Positions 38,037 through 48,117 of a stretch of DNA of 64,000 nt are shown one piece after another; the first letter of the stretch is position 1, and the number at the start of each line of letters is the position of its first letter. Both the position numbers and the translations under genes were made by a program. Under the pieces are notes generated by a model that ran no database searches, was not told where the DNA came from, and saw only the letters and a program-made list of their open reading frames with translations. The DNA comes from Methanobrevibacter sp. (GTDB lineage Archaea; Methanobacteriota; Methanobacteria; Methanobacteriales; Methanobacteriaceae). The stretch is taken from positions 1,533 through 65,532 of the forward strand of contig NZ_JAFSNZ010000043.1 in assembly GCF_017447225.1 (NCBI RefSeq), read 5' to 3'.

Positions 38037-38585
38037 TTAAAAATCCAACTGTTCTGCAATGCACATTTTACAGACTGCATTTGGAGATTCGAGATTTGCC
38101 TCTTTAACCGGACAGTAAAAGACGCCGTCTTTTTCTTCCACTTTTAATGAACCGGGAAATGGAGTGCCTACAGGATGGATTGGTTCCTCCAAAACAAAAG
38201 TAGTGTACAATGATACGATTGCATAAATCAGAGGAAACTTTGTTTTAGAGGTGATGGATTCATTTTCATGATATGTCTTCAATGTGGCCACTGCATCAAT
38301 GAATTCCTCCTTATTGACATCATTATCATAATAATTGTCATCATTGCGTATCTCACGGATGCGTCCTAAAAAATATTTGGCATATACTGCATGGCTTTTA
38401 TCCTTATAATTTTCCTGAACGTATTTGCTTTCCTCAATCATTTCTGCATTGACCGCCATTAAATCAAAAACGGAAATCGTACCGGAATAATCCTTCAATA
38501 CCTCCAGAATAGCCTGTGGAGATACCTTTTCTTCCCCAACAGCAATATTTGAAAAGTCATCATATAAACCCATATTCTCCCTCAC
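38037..38585 (-). CDS. conserved methanogen hypothetical protein (possibly DUF2115/UPF0305)
   Basis: 182 aa soluble protein with a C-terminal Cys pair context (FYCPVKE...AVCKMCIAEQ). The family assignment is from memory only. Confidence 0.35.
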   Translation of the reverse strand: MRENMGLYDDFSNIAVGEEKVSPQAILEVLKDYSGTISVFDLMAVNAEMIEESKYVQENYKDKSHAVYAKYFLGRIREIRNDDNYYDNDVNKEEFIDAVATLKTYHENESITSKTKFPLIYAIVSLYTTFVLEEPIHPVGTPFPGSLKVEEKDGVFYCPVKEANLESPNAVCKMCIAEQLDF

Positions 38586-39064
38586 AATTCAATGAAATAC
38601 GGACAGATATTTTCATATGTCCCATCCTTCAGCCTAAATCCGTTAGGTATCGTTCCCAACTGTTTAAATCCTAAACTTTCATATAAGTGCCTTGCAGAAG
38701 CGTTGCTTTCAACAACAGCATTGAACTGAAGTATCTTAAAATTTAATTCACGAGCCCTTTCAATAGAATCCAAAACAAGACTTTTGCCAATATGCTTTCC
38801 ACGTACACCTGCATCAACCGCATAGCTCGCATTTGCGATATGTGAACAGCGCCCGACATTATTGGGATGCAATATATAAAGCCCAACAATCTGACCGTCA
38901 ATGACGGCGACTCCAGTAAAGCTCTGATAACTAAAAAACTCAAATCCGCTTTCCAAATTTAAAATATCTTCCTGAGGAAATGCATTGCCTTCGCTTACAA
39001 TATCATTCCATATTTTAATCATCTGATTTAAATCTGATTTATCGAATTTACGAATTAACATCAT
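38582..39064 (-). CDS. GNAT family N-acetyltransferase
   Basis: 160 aa. Acetyl-CoA pocket VRGKHIGKSLV and C-terminal YESLGFKQLG. Confidence 0.75.
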   Translation of the reverse strand: MMLIRKFDKSDLNQMIKIWNDIVSEGNAFPQEDILNLESGFEFFSYQSFTGVAVIDGQIVGLYILHPNNVGRCSHIANASYAVDAGVRGKHIGKSLVLDSIERARELNFKILQFNAVVESNASARHLYESLGFKQLGTIPNGFRLKDGTYENICPYFIEL

Positions 39065-39079
39065 ATCAAAAAAAAGTTA

Positions 39080-39415
39080 TTAGAATAATAATCCGTTATC
39101 CGGAATATAATTACCAATATATAATGATCCGCCTACAAATCCGAATCCGAAACATACTGCAGTCATAGCCAGGTTAAGAAGATATGCTTCAACGAGCTGC
39201 GCTATAGAAATCTCCTCTGAGTCTTTGACTTTGGAATAAACTGCAACACCAATCGGTATCAGTGTTATGATAAAGGCAAAAATAATTACAAAAATAGTTC
39301 CCATAACCCATAACTGGGAATCATTATGGTGAACAGCCATATAAAAACCGGCAATGAACCCGACAATTATATCAATGATGCAATATTTATCAAAAACACT
39401 ATAAATTTTTCCCAT
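39080..39415 (-). CDS. small membrane protein (3 predicted TM helices)
   Basis: 111 aa, strongly hydrophobic, no recognised family. Confidence 0.4.
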   Translation of the reverse strand: MGKIYSVFDKYCIIDIIVGFIAGFYMAVHHNDSQLWVMGTIFVIIFAFIITLIPIGVAVYSKVKDSEEISIAQLVEAYLLNLAMTAVCFGFGFVGGSLYIGNYIPDNGLLF

Positions 39416-39568
39416 TATTATACCTCATAATTAAATATCTTATTAATCATTTATAACTATTTGTGTAATTACAATGTGAAATACTTTGCACTTCAAAAGA
39501 TAACTTTTTTAATATAATTGACATATAAATATTAATATCAAAATTTTAAGTTTTGATGAGAGGATTAT

Positions 39569-40906
39569 ATGTTAGACAATTTTTTTAATTTTAAGGAAAA
39601 TGGTACAGATTTTAAAACAGAAATAATCGCAGGGATTACTACTTTTCTAGCCATGGCATACATTTTAGGTGTAAACCCTACAATGTTGGCTGACGGTGGA
39701 ATGCCTGCAACAGGAGTCTTTTTCGCAACAGCACTTGCATCCGGTATCGCTTGTATCATAATGGGTCTTGTTTCCAAGTACCCTGTTGGTCTTGCTCCGG
39801 GAATGGGACTTAACGCACTATTTACATATACAATTATCTTAACTATGGGAAATACATGGGAAGCAGCTCTTGCAGCAGTATTCATTTCAAGCATAATCTT
39901 TTTATTAATCACAATATCAGGATTAAGGGAAGCTATCTTAAATATCATCCCTGTTGACTTGAAATTAGCTATCGGTGCAGGTATCGGTATGTTCCTTGCA
40001 TTTATCGGACTTAAAGGAGCAGGAATAATCGTTGATGACCCATCAACATTAATTGCTATGGGATCACTTACTGCAGCACCAGCATTACTCGCATTAATAG
40101 GTGTTTTAATCACTTTAATATTATTTGTCAGAAAAGTGCCTGCAGCAGTATTTTTAGGTTTAGTCATAACCGCTATCTTAGGTTTAATATTTACCGCATT
40201 CGGATACGGCACTGGAGACATGCTAATGCCTTCACTACCTGCAGAAGTAATATCCACAAACATTGATACATCATTATTCTTCGGATTTGCATCCGGATTC
40301 GGACAGCTGTTCTCAAACATTCCTAACTTAATAATGATGGTGTTCTCATTAGTCTTTGTTACTTTCTTCGATACTACAGGAACTTTAATTTCCTTAGGCA
40401 GACAATGCGGCTTCATCGATGAAGATGGAAAAGCACAAAACATCGAAAAAGCATTCTTAAGTGACGCTGTAGGTGGAATCATCGGTTCCATGATCGGTAC
40501 AAGTACCGTAACAGCTTATGTAGAAAGTGCAACAGGTATCGGTTTAGGCGGAAGAACTGGTTTGACTGCTATTGTAACCGGTATATTATTCATTTTATCC
40601 ATATTCTTCGCACCTTTAGTTTTATCATTATTTACTTCACCAGTAACTGCAGCTGCATTAGTTATTGTTGGTATCTTAATGATTGTTCAACTTAAAGATG
40701 TTGACTGGGATAATATAGTTGTTGTGGCACCTGTCTTCATGACAATAATAATGATGCTTTTAACCTATTCAATCTCATTAGGTATTGCATGGGGATTCGT
40801 AACCTACGCTGTTGCTACAATTGCTACCGGCAAATGGAAAGAAATGAGCTGGGGAATCTGGGTTCTTGTTATTGTATTTTTAATCTACCTGTTCTTCGGT
40901 TTATAG
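39569..40906 (+). CDS. NCS2/AzgA-family purine (adenine/guanine/hypoxanthine) permease
   Basis: 445 aa. N-terminal FNFKENGTDFKTEIIAGITTFLAMAYILGVNP is typical of AzgA-type permeases. About 12-13 TM helices. Confidence 0.8.
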   Translation: MLDNFFNFKENGTDFKTEIIAGITTFLAMAYILGVNPTMLADGGMPATGVFFATALASGIACIIMGLVSKYPVGLAPGMGLNALFTYTIILTMGNTWEAALAAVFISSIIFLLITISGLREAILNIIPVDLKLAIGAGIGMFLAFIGLKGAGIIVDDPSTLIAMGSLTAAPALLALIGVLITLILFVRKVPAAVFLGLVITAILGLIFTAFGYGTGDMLMPSLPAEVISTNIDTSLFFGFASGFGQLFSNIPNLIMMVFSLVFVTFFDTTGTLISLGRQCGFIDEDGKAQNIEKAFLSDAVGGIIGSMIGTSTVTAYVESATGIGLGGRTGLTAIVTGILFILSIFFAPLVLSLFTSPVTAAALVIVGILMIVQLKDVDWDNIVVVAPVFMTIIMMLLTYSISLGIAWGFVTYAVATIATGKWKEMSWGIWVLVIVFLIYLFFGL

Positions 40907-40944
40907 TTGTATGATCAATTCATACAACTTCTTATTTTTTTAAA

Positions 40945-41385
40945 GTGATAATTATGATTAAAAATATTTCACTGATTTTAATAATTCTGATTTTTGCGAC
41001 TAATTTTGCTTTTGCATCACAGAACATCAATGATTTGGAAATTCCGAGTGATTTTTCTGAGAAAAAAGCCGACGGATACTTTTTCATGCCAAAAGCATAC
41101 GATAATCCAAGATTCATAATCTCAGAATATAATGAAAGCAGCCATAATTTTGAAAACTCATCACTATACGGATTCTGGTCAAGTACAGAAGAAAACATAT
41201 ATTTCTTTTCCAATCATCAGGCAAGCGATATGGGAGCTGTTGAACTGATTGAACTGGATGGAAAAAAATACACCGTTTCAGTATTATATGCAAGCACTCT
41301 GATAGATGAGGATTATTTGGAGGATTCTCTGGAATACATTAAAGAATTCAATTCCGAAAACAATATTGTTCCAATTTCACCTTAG
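40945..41385 (+). CDS. secreted hypothetical protein
   Basis: 146 aa. Signal-peptide-like N-terminus (ISLILIILIFATNFAFASQ), no family recognised. Confidence 0.45.
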   Translation: MIIMIKNISLILIILIFATNFAFASQNINDLEIPSDFSEKKADGYFFMPKAYDNPRFIISEYNESSHNFENSSLYGFWSSTEENIYFFSNHQASDMGAVELIELDGKKYTVSVLYASTLIDEDYLEDSLEYIKEFNSENNIVPISP

Positions 41386-42617
41386 ATTTCATTACCTTTT
41401 AAGAAATCTATAATATTCATATGTTTTATACCATCACGAGACATATCCTCATCATCCATACTTAAAACATAAGCATCATATTTATCTGGAATACTTAATA
41501 ATGGACCAAATTCTCTATTAATTGTATCTTCACGTTCCATCAGATAAGAAACTTGAATATATATTCGTTTATCAACTTTTTGACAAACAAAATCTATTTC
41601 TTTTTTATTGATTATGCCAACATCGACTTCATATCCTCTTCTTAAAAGTTCGACAAAGACTATGTTTTCCAGTACTCGAGGAATTCTCTTTTGATTACTT
41701 TCAACAATTGCATGATGAAAACCATGATCCATTGCATAATATTTTTCTTGAAACTTCAGTAATTTCTTACCTATTAAGTCTTGACGCCTACATTTTATCA
41801 AGAAAAAGGATTGTTGAAGAAACTCATTGTATTTTAACAGAGTATCCTGTGTTGTATGAATATTTTTATCCTTTAAATAATTTTTAATACTGTTTGATGA
41901 GAATGTCTGACCTACAGTATTCATCATATACCTAACAAAACGATTAAACAAATCGATTTTTTTAATGCTAAATCTATTAACAACATCATTTAGAATTATG
42001 GTGTTGAAAATATCCCTCAAAGCAGATTTTCTAAACTCATCGGTGTTGAATGCTAAAATACTGGGCATACCCCCATAGTTTATATAATAATTATTAAATA
42101 ATTTACGTTCATCAGCTTCGGATAAATCAATTTTTTCGATTTGTTTTTTATATTGCAGTAATTCTTTAAATGAAAATGGATAAACTTTTATTTCAAGATA
42201 TCGTCCAGATATCAAAGTTGATAACTCATTAGACAATAATTTTGAATTTGAACCAGTTATATAGATATCACAATCCAACTTAACTCTATAACCATTGATA
42301 CTTTTTTCCCACTTGTCAACTTCCTGAATTTCATCAAAAAATAGGTAAATCTTTCCAGAGATGTCTTTTACCTTTTCATATACAAGTTTATCCAAATCTT
42401 TAAAATTTTCAACCAAATAATAATCTGGGTCTTCAAAGGAGATGAAAATAATATTATCATCATTAATTCCCTTGTTTTTTAGCTCATCAATAATGCTATA
42501 AAGTATACTTGTTTTACCGCAACGTCTAATTCCGGTAAAAACTTTGATAAAATCTGAATCTACATATTCATCAAAATATTTTAAATAATCCATTCGTTTG
42601 ATTAAATTTTTAGCCAT
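41382..42617 (-). CDS. AAA-type ATPase with DUF4143-like C-terminal domain
   Basis: 411 aa. Walker A GIRRCGKTS, Walker B LFFDEIQEV and a long C-terminal domain, as in the archaeal/bacterial AAA_14-DUF4143 family. Its stop overlaps the convergent upstream gene's stop (TTAG). Confidence 0.7.
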   Translation of the reverse strand: MAKNLIKRMDYLKYFDEYVDSDFIKVFTGIRRCGKTSILYSIIDELKNKGINDDNIIFISFEDPDYYLVENFKDLDKLVYEKVKDISGKIYLFFDEIQEVDKWEKSINGYRVKLDCDIYITGSNSKLLSNELSTLISGRYLEIKVYPFSFKELLQYKKQIEKIDLSEADERKLFNNYYINYGGMPSILAFNTDEFRKSALRDIFNTIILNDVVNRFSIKKIDLFNRFVRYMMNTVGQTFSSNSIKNYLKDKNIHTTQDTLLKYNEFLQQSFFLIKCRRQDLIGKKLLKFQEKYYAMDHGFHHAIVESNQKRIPRVLENIVFVELLRRGYEVDVGIINKKEIDFVCQKVDKRIYIQVSYLMEREDTINREFGPLLSIPDKYDAYVLSMDDEDMSRDGIKHMNIIDFLKGNEI

Positions 42618-42680
42618 ATTAACAACCCAAATTATAAAGTTTTTATTTTACTTTATACTGTTAATATGATATAAATATTT

Positions 42681-42770
42681 CTAGTATACTATGATAAATT
42701 TAAAAAAATAGAAAACTACCCTAGTATACTCGAAAGAAAATAGAAAAATAAAAAACTATCATAGTATACT
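42681..42770. repeat. three copies of TAGTATACT (containing the perfect 8-bp palindrome AGTATACT) phased at exactly 40 bp
   Basis: ctagtatact at 42681, ctagtatact at 42721 and atagtatact at 42761. The 40-bp units also share an aaaatagaaaa(n)aaaacta(c/t)c tail. Confidence 0.85.
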
Positions 42771-42791
42771 CTATAGTCTATAAAAAACAAG

Positions 42792-43655
42792 TTAATCCAA
42801 TAAATCATTCAAACTGAATATCATCGATTCTCTAATTGCATATTTTTTCTGCAAATTATCCAAAGAATCAACTAAATTTCTCTTAAACCTCTCACAGGCA
42901 TAATCATCATATTTAAATTTAATACCGTCATACTGAATATCCATTAAAATCAAATAATCCGGTTCCGTTACCTTAATGCTTGCTCTTGGTGAATTTTCAG
43001 GAGGGTTCAACAGTTCACGAACATCATCCAGAGTCATCTTATCATTTGCAACGTCAATAAAAACTCGCATCATCTTTCTGACCATATTCCATAAAAAGGA
43101 TTCTCCGTAAATATCAACGAATATTGGAGATAATGTATCATGCAGATTAGGAAACTCCCTTTTGTGATAGTCATCCAATCCCACTTTAGAGATTTTAATG
43201 TCATCAATTGTTCTTGTGGTGGTCTTCTGATATCTTTTTGTAAAATTAGTGAAGTTATGAGTTCCCTTAAATACTTCAGCAACTTCATTTAGCTTATCCA
43301 TGTCAAGATCCTGAAACAACAGATATCTGTATTGTCTCATCTGAGCATATCTTGGCTTGAATGCATAGCGAACAGGAGCTTTTGCAAGAATTTGGATATC
43401 ATCAGGCAGGCTGTTGTTGATTTCATTTACCTGAACTTCCTTTTCAGACTGGAAACTGATAACATTACCCAAACTATGGACACCCGCATCGGTTCTTCCA
43501 GCAATTCTGAATCTGGACTTTTTTAAATCATCAATATAGCCCAATTTACGCAAATGATAAATCAGTTCCTCTTCAACAGTCCTTAAATCAGGCTGTCTTT
43601 GAAAACCATGAAAATTAGTTCCTATATATCCAATTTTTAGTGCTGTTCTTTTCAT
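42792..43655 (-). CDS. truA: tRNA pseudouridine(38-40) synthase
   Basis: Catalytic-Asp motif GRTDAGVHS and N-terminal LKIGYIGTNFHGFQRQ. Start set at the ATG at 43655 (track TTG at 43676). Confidence 0.85.
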   Translation of the reverse strand: MKRTALKIGYIGTNFHGFQRQPDLRTVEEELIYHLRKLGYIDDLKKSRFRIAGRTDAGVHSLGNVISFQSEKEVQVNEINNSLPDDIQILAKAPVRYAFKPRYAQMRQYRYLLFQDLDMDKLNEVAEVFKGTHNFTNFTKRYQKTTTRTIDDIKISKVGLDDYHKREFPNLHDTLSPIFVDIYGESFLWNMVRKMMRVFIDVANDKMTLDDVRELLNPPENSPRASIKVTEPDYLILMDIQYDGIKFKYDDYACERFKRNLVDSLDNLQKKYAIRESMIFSLNDLLD

Positions 43656-43705
43656 TAATAATAATTTTAACTTCAATATAAAAAAATATATCTATAAAAT
43701 GATAA

Positions 43706-44209
43706 TTACAAATTTTTTACCATATGGCTGGTTTCGTCATAATCATCTTCTTCAACAGTTATTTCATAACCTAAAGATTTCCAGAATGACAAAGCTGCAT
43801 CAAGATATCTATGTGTATGCAGATACATTTTATCATACGATTGAGACCTTGCAAAATCTTCCATTCTGCTTACAATATTTCGTGCAAGACCATGTCTTCT
43901 ATACGTTTCATCGACCATCAGTCTCCATATGCTTGCAGTATTTTCTTTGGAATAAATGCCCTTAAACATTTCATAATCCTTATCATATGCCCTTACAGCA
44001 CCTGTTGCAACTATTTTATCCCCATCCCAGGCTATAAAAAAGTTATTTCTTTCAGGTAAAATATAATACTCTCCAATTCCATCGATATCATAATGAAACT
44101 TAGGATTCGGACCAATACCATATTCTTTCATGATTTGGTCATATAAAAAGTCCTGAACAAGACGAATCTCATTTTCATTATCATTAATTTCTCTAATTTC
44201 AATATTCAT
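43706..44209 (-). CDS. GNAT family N-acetyltransferase (paralog A)
   Basis: 167 aa from MNIEIREIND. Acetyl-CoA motif YRRHGLARNIV. Clearly paralogous to 48805..49368 (shared ...ERNNFF(I/V)A..., (V/I)RAYDKD..., SSIWRL.VD...RR.GLA..., YLHTH..LD.A..FW...G). Confidence 0.75.
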   Translation of the reverse strand: MNIEIREINDNENEIRLVQDFLYDQIMKEYGIGPNPKFHYDIDGIGEYYILPERNNFFIAWDGDKIVATGAVRAYDKDYEMFKGIYSKENTASIWRLMVDETYRRHGLARNIVSRMEDFARSQSYDKMYLHTHRYLDAALSFWKSLGYEITVEEDDYDETSHMVKNL

Positions 44210-44271
44210 AGTATCCCCATATTTTAAAAAAAGATTTGAAGAGAAATGAAGAATTTCTCTTAACATGATTT

Positions 44272-45135
44272 TTATTCCTGTGCAGTTTCAGGATTAAGTA
44301 ATTTTTCAACATTTTCTCCAATCAAATCGAACAATAAAACAACTATCAACAAGGACATACCAGGATAGAATGCTAACCACCAATATCCTGATGATAAATA
44401 ATTCATTGATTCAGACAATATTACTCCAATTGCAGGTTCATGAGGAGGCAAACCAAAGCCTAAGAAAGTAATTGCTGCTTCGTGCATAATAGCATGAGGA
44501 AACATCAGAATTACACCAACAATAATTTGAGATACGATTAATGGGAAAATGTGTTTAAGAGCAATCCAAAATCTGCTCCTGCCCAGATTTTCAGCTAAAG
44601 AAATATATTCTTTAGTTTTAATTTCCTTTACTTCAGATCTAAGAACTCTTGCAAGTGGTGTCCAGTGCGTTAAACCTACACCCATAATAACACCATATAC
44701 GCCCCCACCAAACATTATTGAAACAATAATGATTAAAAGAATATGGGGAATAGAACCAAATAAATCAATAATTCCGGCAACACATTCATCAGCAAATTTG
44801 TTGAAACTGGAAAACAATCCCAAAACAATAGAAATGCATGTACTAACAGCAGATGCGATGAAACCTACCATCAGACTTAATCCAAGACCTGCAATGGTCC
44901 GCTGAAACATGTCTCTTCCCATCCAGTCAGTTCCGAAAAGATGTTCTAAAGAGGGCATCTGATTAGCATTTACAAAACTGGTTGGGATATCCCTTATAAA
45001 ATAACCGGAAACAAAAATGCTTATGATAACCAATGCAGAAATACCAATAATTACAAAGGTCTTTACCCTAAGATTTGCAGAGTATAAAAACCATTGCCTT
45101 TTATCATCAGTCTTTTTCTTAATCATTGAACTCAT
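44272..45135 (-). CDS. ABC transporter permease (peptide/nickel OppC/NikC type)
   Basis: 287 aa, 6 TM helices. N-terminal TM then LGTDWMGRDMFQR, typical of DppC/OppC/NikC. Confidence 0.8.
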   Translation of the reverse strand: MSSMIKKKTDDKRQWFLYSANLRVKTFVIIGISALVIISIFVSGYFIRDIPTSFVNANQMPSLEHLFGTDWMGRDMFQRTIAGLGLSLMVGFIASAVSTCISIVLGLFSSFNKFADECVAGIIDLFGSIPHILLIIIVSIMFGGGVYGVIMGVGLTHWTPLARVLRSEVKEIKTKEYISLAENLGRSRFWIALKHIFPLIVSQIIVGVILMFPHAIMHEAAITFLGFGLPPHEPAIGVILSESMNYLSSGYWWLAFYPGMSLLIVVLLFDLIGENVEKLLNPETAQE

Positions 45136-46108
45136 TCTCCTTAATTCTTGGATCTATGAAATAATATGAAATATCTGCAAGCAGGTTTCCAACAAATACA
45201 AATATTGCACTAATTACTACAATTCCTAAAAACAATGGCACATCATTTTGAAGACCTGCAGCTACTGCCGTTTGACCAATACCCGGATAGGAAAATACCT
45301 GTTCCACCATAACTGCACCACCAAATAATTCACTGAATGATAAGAATTGCAATGTGATTGCAGGCAATAATATATTTCTTATTCCATGATTTTTAATTAA
45401 ATCCCAGCCTTTTTCTCCTCTAGATTTTGCGAATAATACATAATCAGAAGATAAAACTTGAACTAATTCATTACGTGTATACATTGCAATTGGCGCCAAA
45501 CCAACTAAACTCAAAGTCAATGTAGGAAGAACCAGCCTTGATGCCCATTCCATAAATGTCGCATCCGTACTTTTTACACCTATTGGAACTCCAAACCCTA
45601 TTGGGAACCAACCTAAATAGACTGAAAATACCATTAAAACAAGCATTCCAACCCAAAAAGATGGAGCTGATTGAATTGCATAGCAATATACTTTTATAGC
45701 CTTATCAATCCATGAACCTTTATTTTTACCAGCGACTACCCCAAATACAAAACCGAGAATTCCACTTAATACCCAAGAGATAGCCATTAAAACTACAGAA
45801 GCAGAAAACTTATCTATAATTACATCCATGACAGGGGCACGATATATCAATGAAGTACCAAGATTGCCTTGAATTAAATCTAAAAGCCAATGATATATTT
45901 TTGTCGTTAACGGAACATTAGTACCAAAATACTGCTCTAAAATTTGGCGTTGTGCTTCTGATACCGCAGCACCTTTTAAATAAGCATTAACTGGATCAAT
46001 AGGGGATAAATCTAATAATACAAAACTAAAAATTGCAACAGCAATCATCAATATTATAAAACGAATTAACTTATAACCAAAATATTTTGCTATTTTTTGT
46101 TTATTCAA
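45119..46108 (-). CDS. ABC transporter permease (peptide/nickel OppB/NikB type)
   Basis: 329 aa. YKLIRFIILMIAVAIFSFVL N-terminus and DYVLFAKSRGEKGW (EAA-loop region). Confidence 0.8.
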   Translation of the reverse strand: MNKQKIAKYFGYKLIRFIILMIAVAIFSFVLLDLSPIDPVNAYLKGAAVSEAQRQILEQYFGTNVPLTTKIYHWLLDLIQGNLGTSLIYRAPVMDVIIDKFSASVVLMAISWVLSGILGFVFGVVAGKNKGSWIDKAIKVYCYAIQSAPSFWVGMLVLMVFSVYLGWFPIGFGVPIGVKSTDATFMEWASRLVLPTLTLSLVGLAPIAMYTRNELVQVLSSDYVLFAKSRGEKGWDLIKNHGIRNILLPAITLQFLSFSELFGGAVMVEQVFSYPGIGQTAVAAGLQNDVPLFLGIVVISAIFVFVGNLLADISYYFIDPRIKENEFND

Positions 46109-46160
46109 TGAAATAAACCCCCTTGAAAAACTTTAAAAAAAAAATAAAAAAAGGAAATGA

Positions 46161-47771
46161 TTAAGCGGAGTTGGTTCTGGTCCACTCACAGATATTAATC
46201 AAAACATCATTTCCTAAACCATCAGGTTGATTTCCGATATCAATACCGTTTTTAATGAAATAATTGTAGTCGTAGTTTACAAGCCATGCAAATGGAGCAT
46301 CACCAGCAGGACCCCATCCTCCGCCGTTAACAAGAGCAGATTGTGCCCATAAAGTGTTAGCAGTAGATAAATCATTGGAGTGCATTGCCTCTTCCATCAA
46401 TTTATCAGAATCAGAGTTATTGTATAAGTTTGGATTCATATAGAAATCATCTGCTTCTTTACTGTGATATTGTTGATAAATTGATTTGTATGGGTCTGGA
46501 GAAGTCTGTTGCATTACTGCTGCTGAACTGTACATATTTGCATAAATGGTATCCCAGTCAGCACCTACGAGTTTTACTTCTATACCTAATTCTTTAGCTT
46601 GTTCAGCAAATACTGTTGCGAGAGATTGTCTGTCAAGATAATCTGGCTGGTAGTATAAATCAAATGATGCTTTTGTTCCGTTTTTCTCCACGATTCCATC
46701 ACCATCAGTATCTTCCCATCCTCCATCTTTCAGGATTTGTTTTGCTTCATCAACATTAGCATCTTGGACTTTAGCATCAGGATTTGCATAGTCTCTTGTA
46801 TCTACACTTGTGAATTCAGGAGTAGCATGACCAGAAAATATTTCATCACACATTTTTTGACGGTCAATACCAACATTTAATGCTTCCCTAATTGCTTTAT
46901 CAGCAGTTACATTGTTACCTATTTTGGAACCTGCCGGACTTACAGCACCGGTATCTTCAAGATATGGTAAGGATATACCCTGTGCTCTTCCTGCAGATAC
47001 TTCATAGAACTGATAACCATCCACAGTTTGGTTTAATGCTGAAGTTGCAACTGGTACAACATCAACTTGACCTGATTTAGCGAGTTCTAACCAAGTAGCT
47101 TCATCAGGGAATAATAATGTAACTTGAGTAAAGTATGGTTTATCTCCGTAATAATTATCATTTATTTTGAAGATTGCTTGTTGACCTTTATCCCAGTGGT
47201 CCAATACATATGGTCCAGTACCAACAGGATTTTGGCCATAAGTGGAATTATCATATTCTTCAGGTACAATACCAAGATATCTTAAATCATAAATAAAAGT
47301 TGATCTTGGTTCTACTAATTGAAATTCAACACATGTAGCGTTTTTAGCAACAGCTTTATCAAGATTGGTTAAATCCAAGTCTGATTCAGTTTCTTTTGCT
47401 TTGTTAAATGTGAATGCAACATCATTTGCGTCAAATGTTGAATTGTCTGAGAATTTAACATCATCTCTTACATTTACAGTCCATGTTAAACCATCTTCAC
47501 TGATTGAATAATCAGTAGCTAAATCTGGAACAATAGTTCCATTTGCATCTGTTTTGAATAAACAGCTTTGTACTAATGGATTGTAGTTCTGGTGTCCGCA
47601 TCCCCAACCGGTAAGTGGGTCAAAACCAGATTCAGGTTCTTTAATATTACTGTGTGCTGCAACAGTTAAATGAGTAGGATCAGTATCTGTTGAACCCCCC
47701 ATAAACATAGCGGCAGCAGCAATAATAGCCACAAGAACCACAGCTCCACCGATTAATATTTTTTTATCCAT
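46161..47771 (-). CDS. ABC transporter substrate-binding protein, family 5 (peptide/nickel/opine type)
   Basis: 536 aa from MDKKILIGG (GGAG 8 nt upstream; track TTG at 47786). N-terminal membrane anchor, then family-5-like blocks (GTGPYVLDHWDKGQ). Confidence 0.75.
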   Translation of the reverse strand: MDKKILIGGAVVLVAIIAAAAMFMGGSTDTDPTHLTVAAHSNIKEPESGFDPLTGWGCGHQNYNPLVQSCLFKTDANGTIVPDLATDYSISEDGLTWTVNVRDDVKFSDNSTFDANDVAFTFNKAKETESDLDLTNLDKAVAKNATCVEFQLVEPRSTFIYDLRYLGIVPEEYDNSTYGQNPVGTGPYVLDHWDKGQQAIFKINDNYYGDKPYFTQVTLLFPDEATWLELAKSGQVDVVPVATSALNQTVDGYQFYEVSAGRAQGISLPYLEDTGAVSPAGSKIGNNVTADKAIREALNVGIDRQKMCDEIFSGHATPEFTSVDTRDYANPDAKVQDANVDEAKQILKDGGWEDTDGDGIVEKNGTKASFDLYYQPDYLDRQSLATVFAEQAKELGIEVKLVGADWDTIYANMYSSAAVMQQTSPDPYKSIYQQYHSKEADDFYMNPNLYNNSDSDKLMEEAMHSNDLSTANTLWAQSALVNGGGWGPAGDAPFAWLVNYDYNYFIKNGIDIGNQPDGLGNDVLINICEWTRTNSA

Positions 47772-47815
47772 AAATATTCTCCACAATATAATTGAAAAAG
47801 ATATATTAAAATCAA

Positions 47816-47856
47816 AGTATTACTTTTTATTGAAAAATTCTTCAATAAGTAATACT
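47816..47856. promoter_or_regulatory. dyad AGTATTACTT-N21-AAGTAATACT (core TATTACT-N23-AGTAATA) upstream of the binding-protein/permease operon
   Basis: 10-bp perfect inverted arms at 47816-47825 and 47847-47856. A second inner inverted pair lies at ATTGAA/TTCAAT. The dyad sits 45 nt upstream of the ATG at 47771. The same core and spacing recur at 49390-49426. Confidence 0.55.
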
Positions 47857-48117
47857 TTTTTTTATTATTTTAATATGATTATTAGTTTATGATGAAACCA
47901 TATAAAAATATATTTATTACTATTAAACAAAATTTGATAGATAAACATTTTTTAATAATTAGTCCATTAAATAAACAGTTTCTAAATTTTAAAATAAATA
48001 AAATATAATAGATAAATAGTTTTATAATATAAAAATTGTACAAATTAAATATATCCTACCTAATGAAAAGTAATACAAAAATTAAATTTAAATAATATCT
48101 CATTTAAATATTTGCCC

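Noticed and set aside
39565-40491. 308-aa ORF on the minus strand, antisense to the purine permease gene
   Set aside because: The + strand ORF has a clear NCS2/AzgA permease sequence over its full length. The antisense product is low-complexity (Pro/Ile/Ala/Asn-rich, e.g. PIPAPIANFK) and is the typical shadow ORF of a GC3-poor, codon-biased membrane gene. It has no Shine-Dalgarno sequence.
42681-42770. 40-bp repeats as a mini-CRISPR or as IS ends
   Set aside because: There are only three units, the conserved part is 9-10 bp and the remainder is A-rich filler. No transposase or cas gene is adjacent and there is no inverted arrangement bracketing a gene. A regulatory array is the better explanation.
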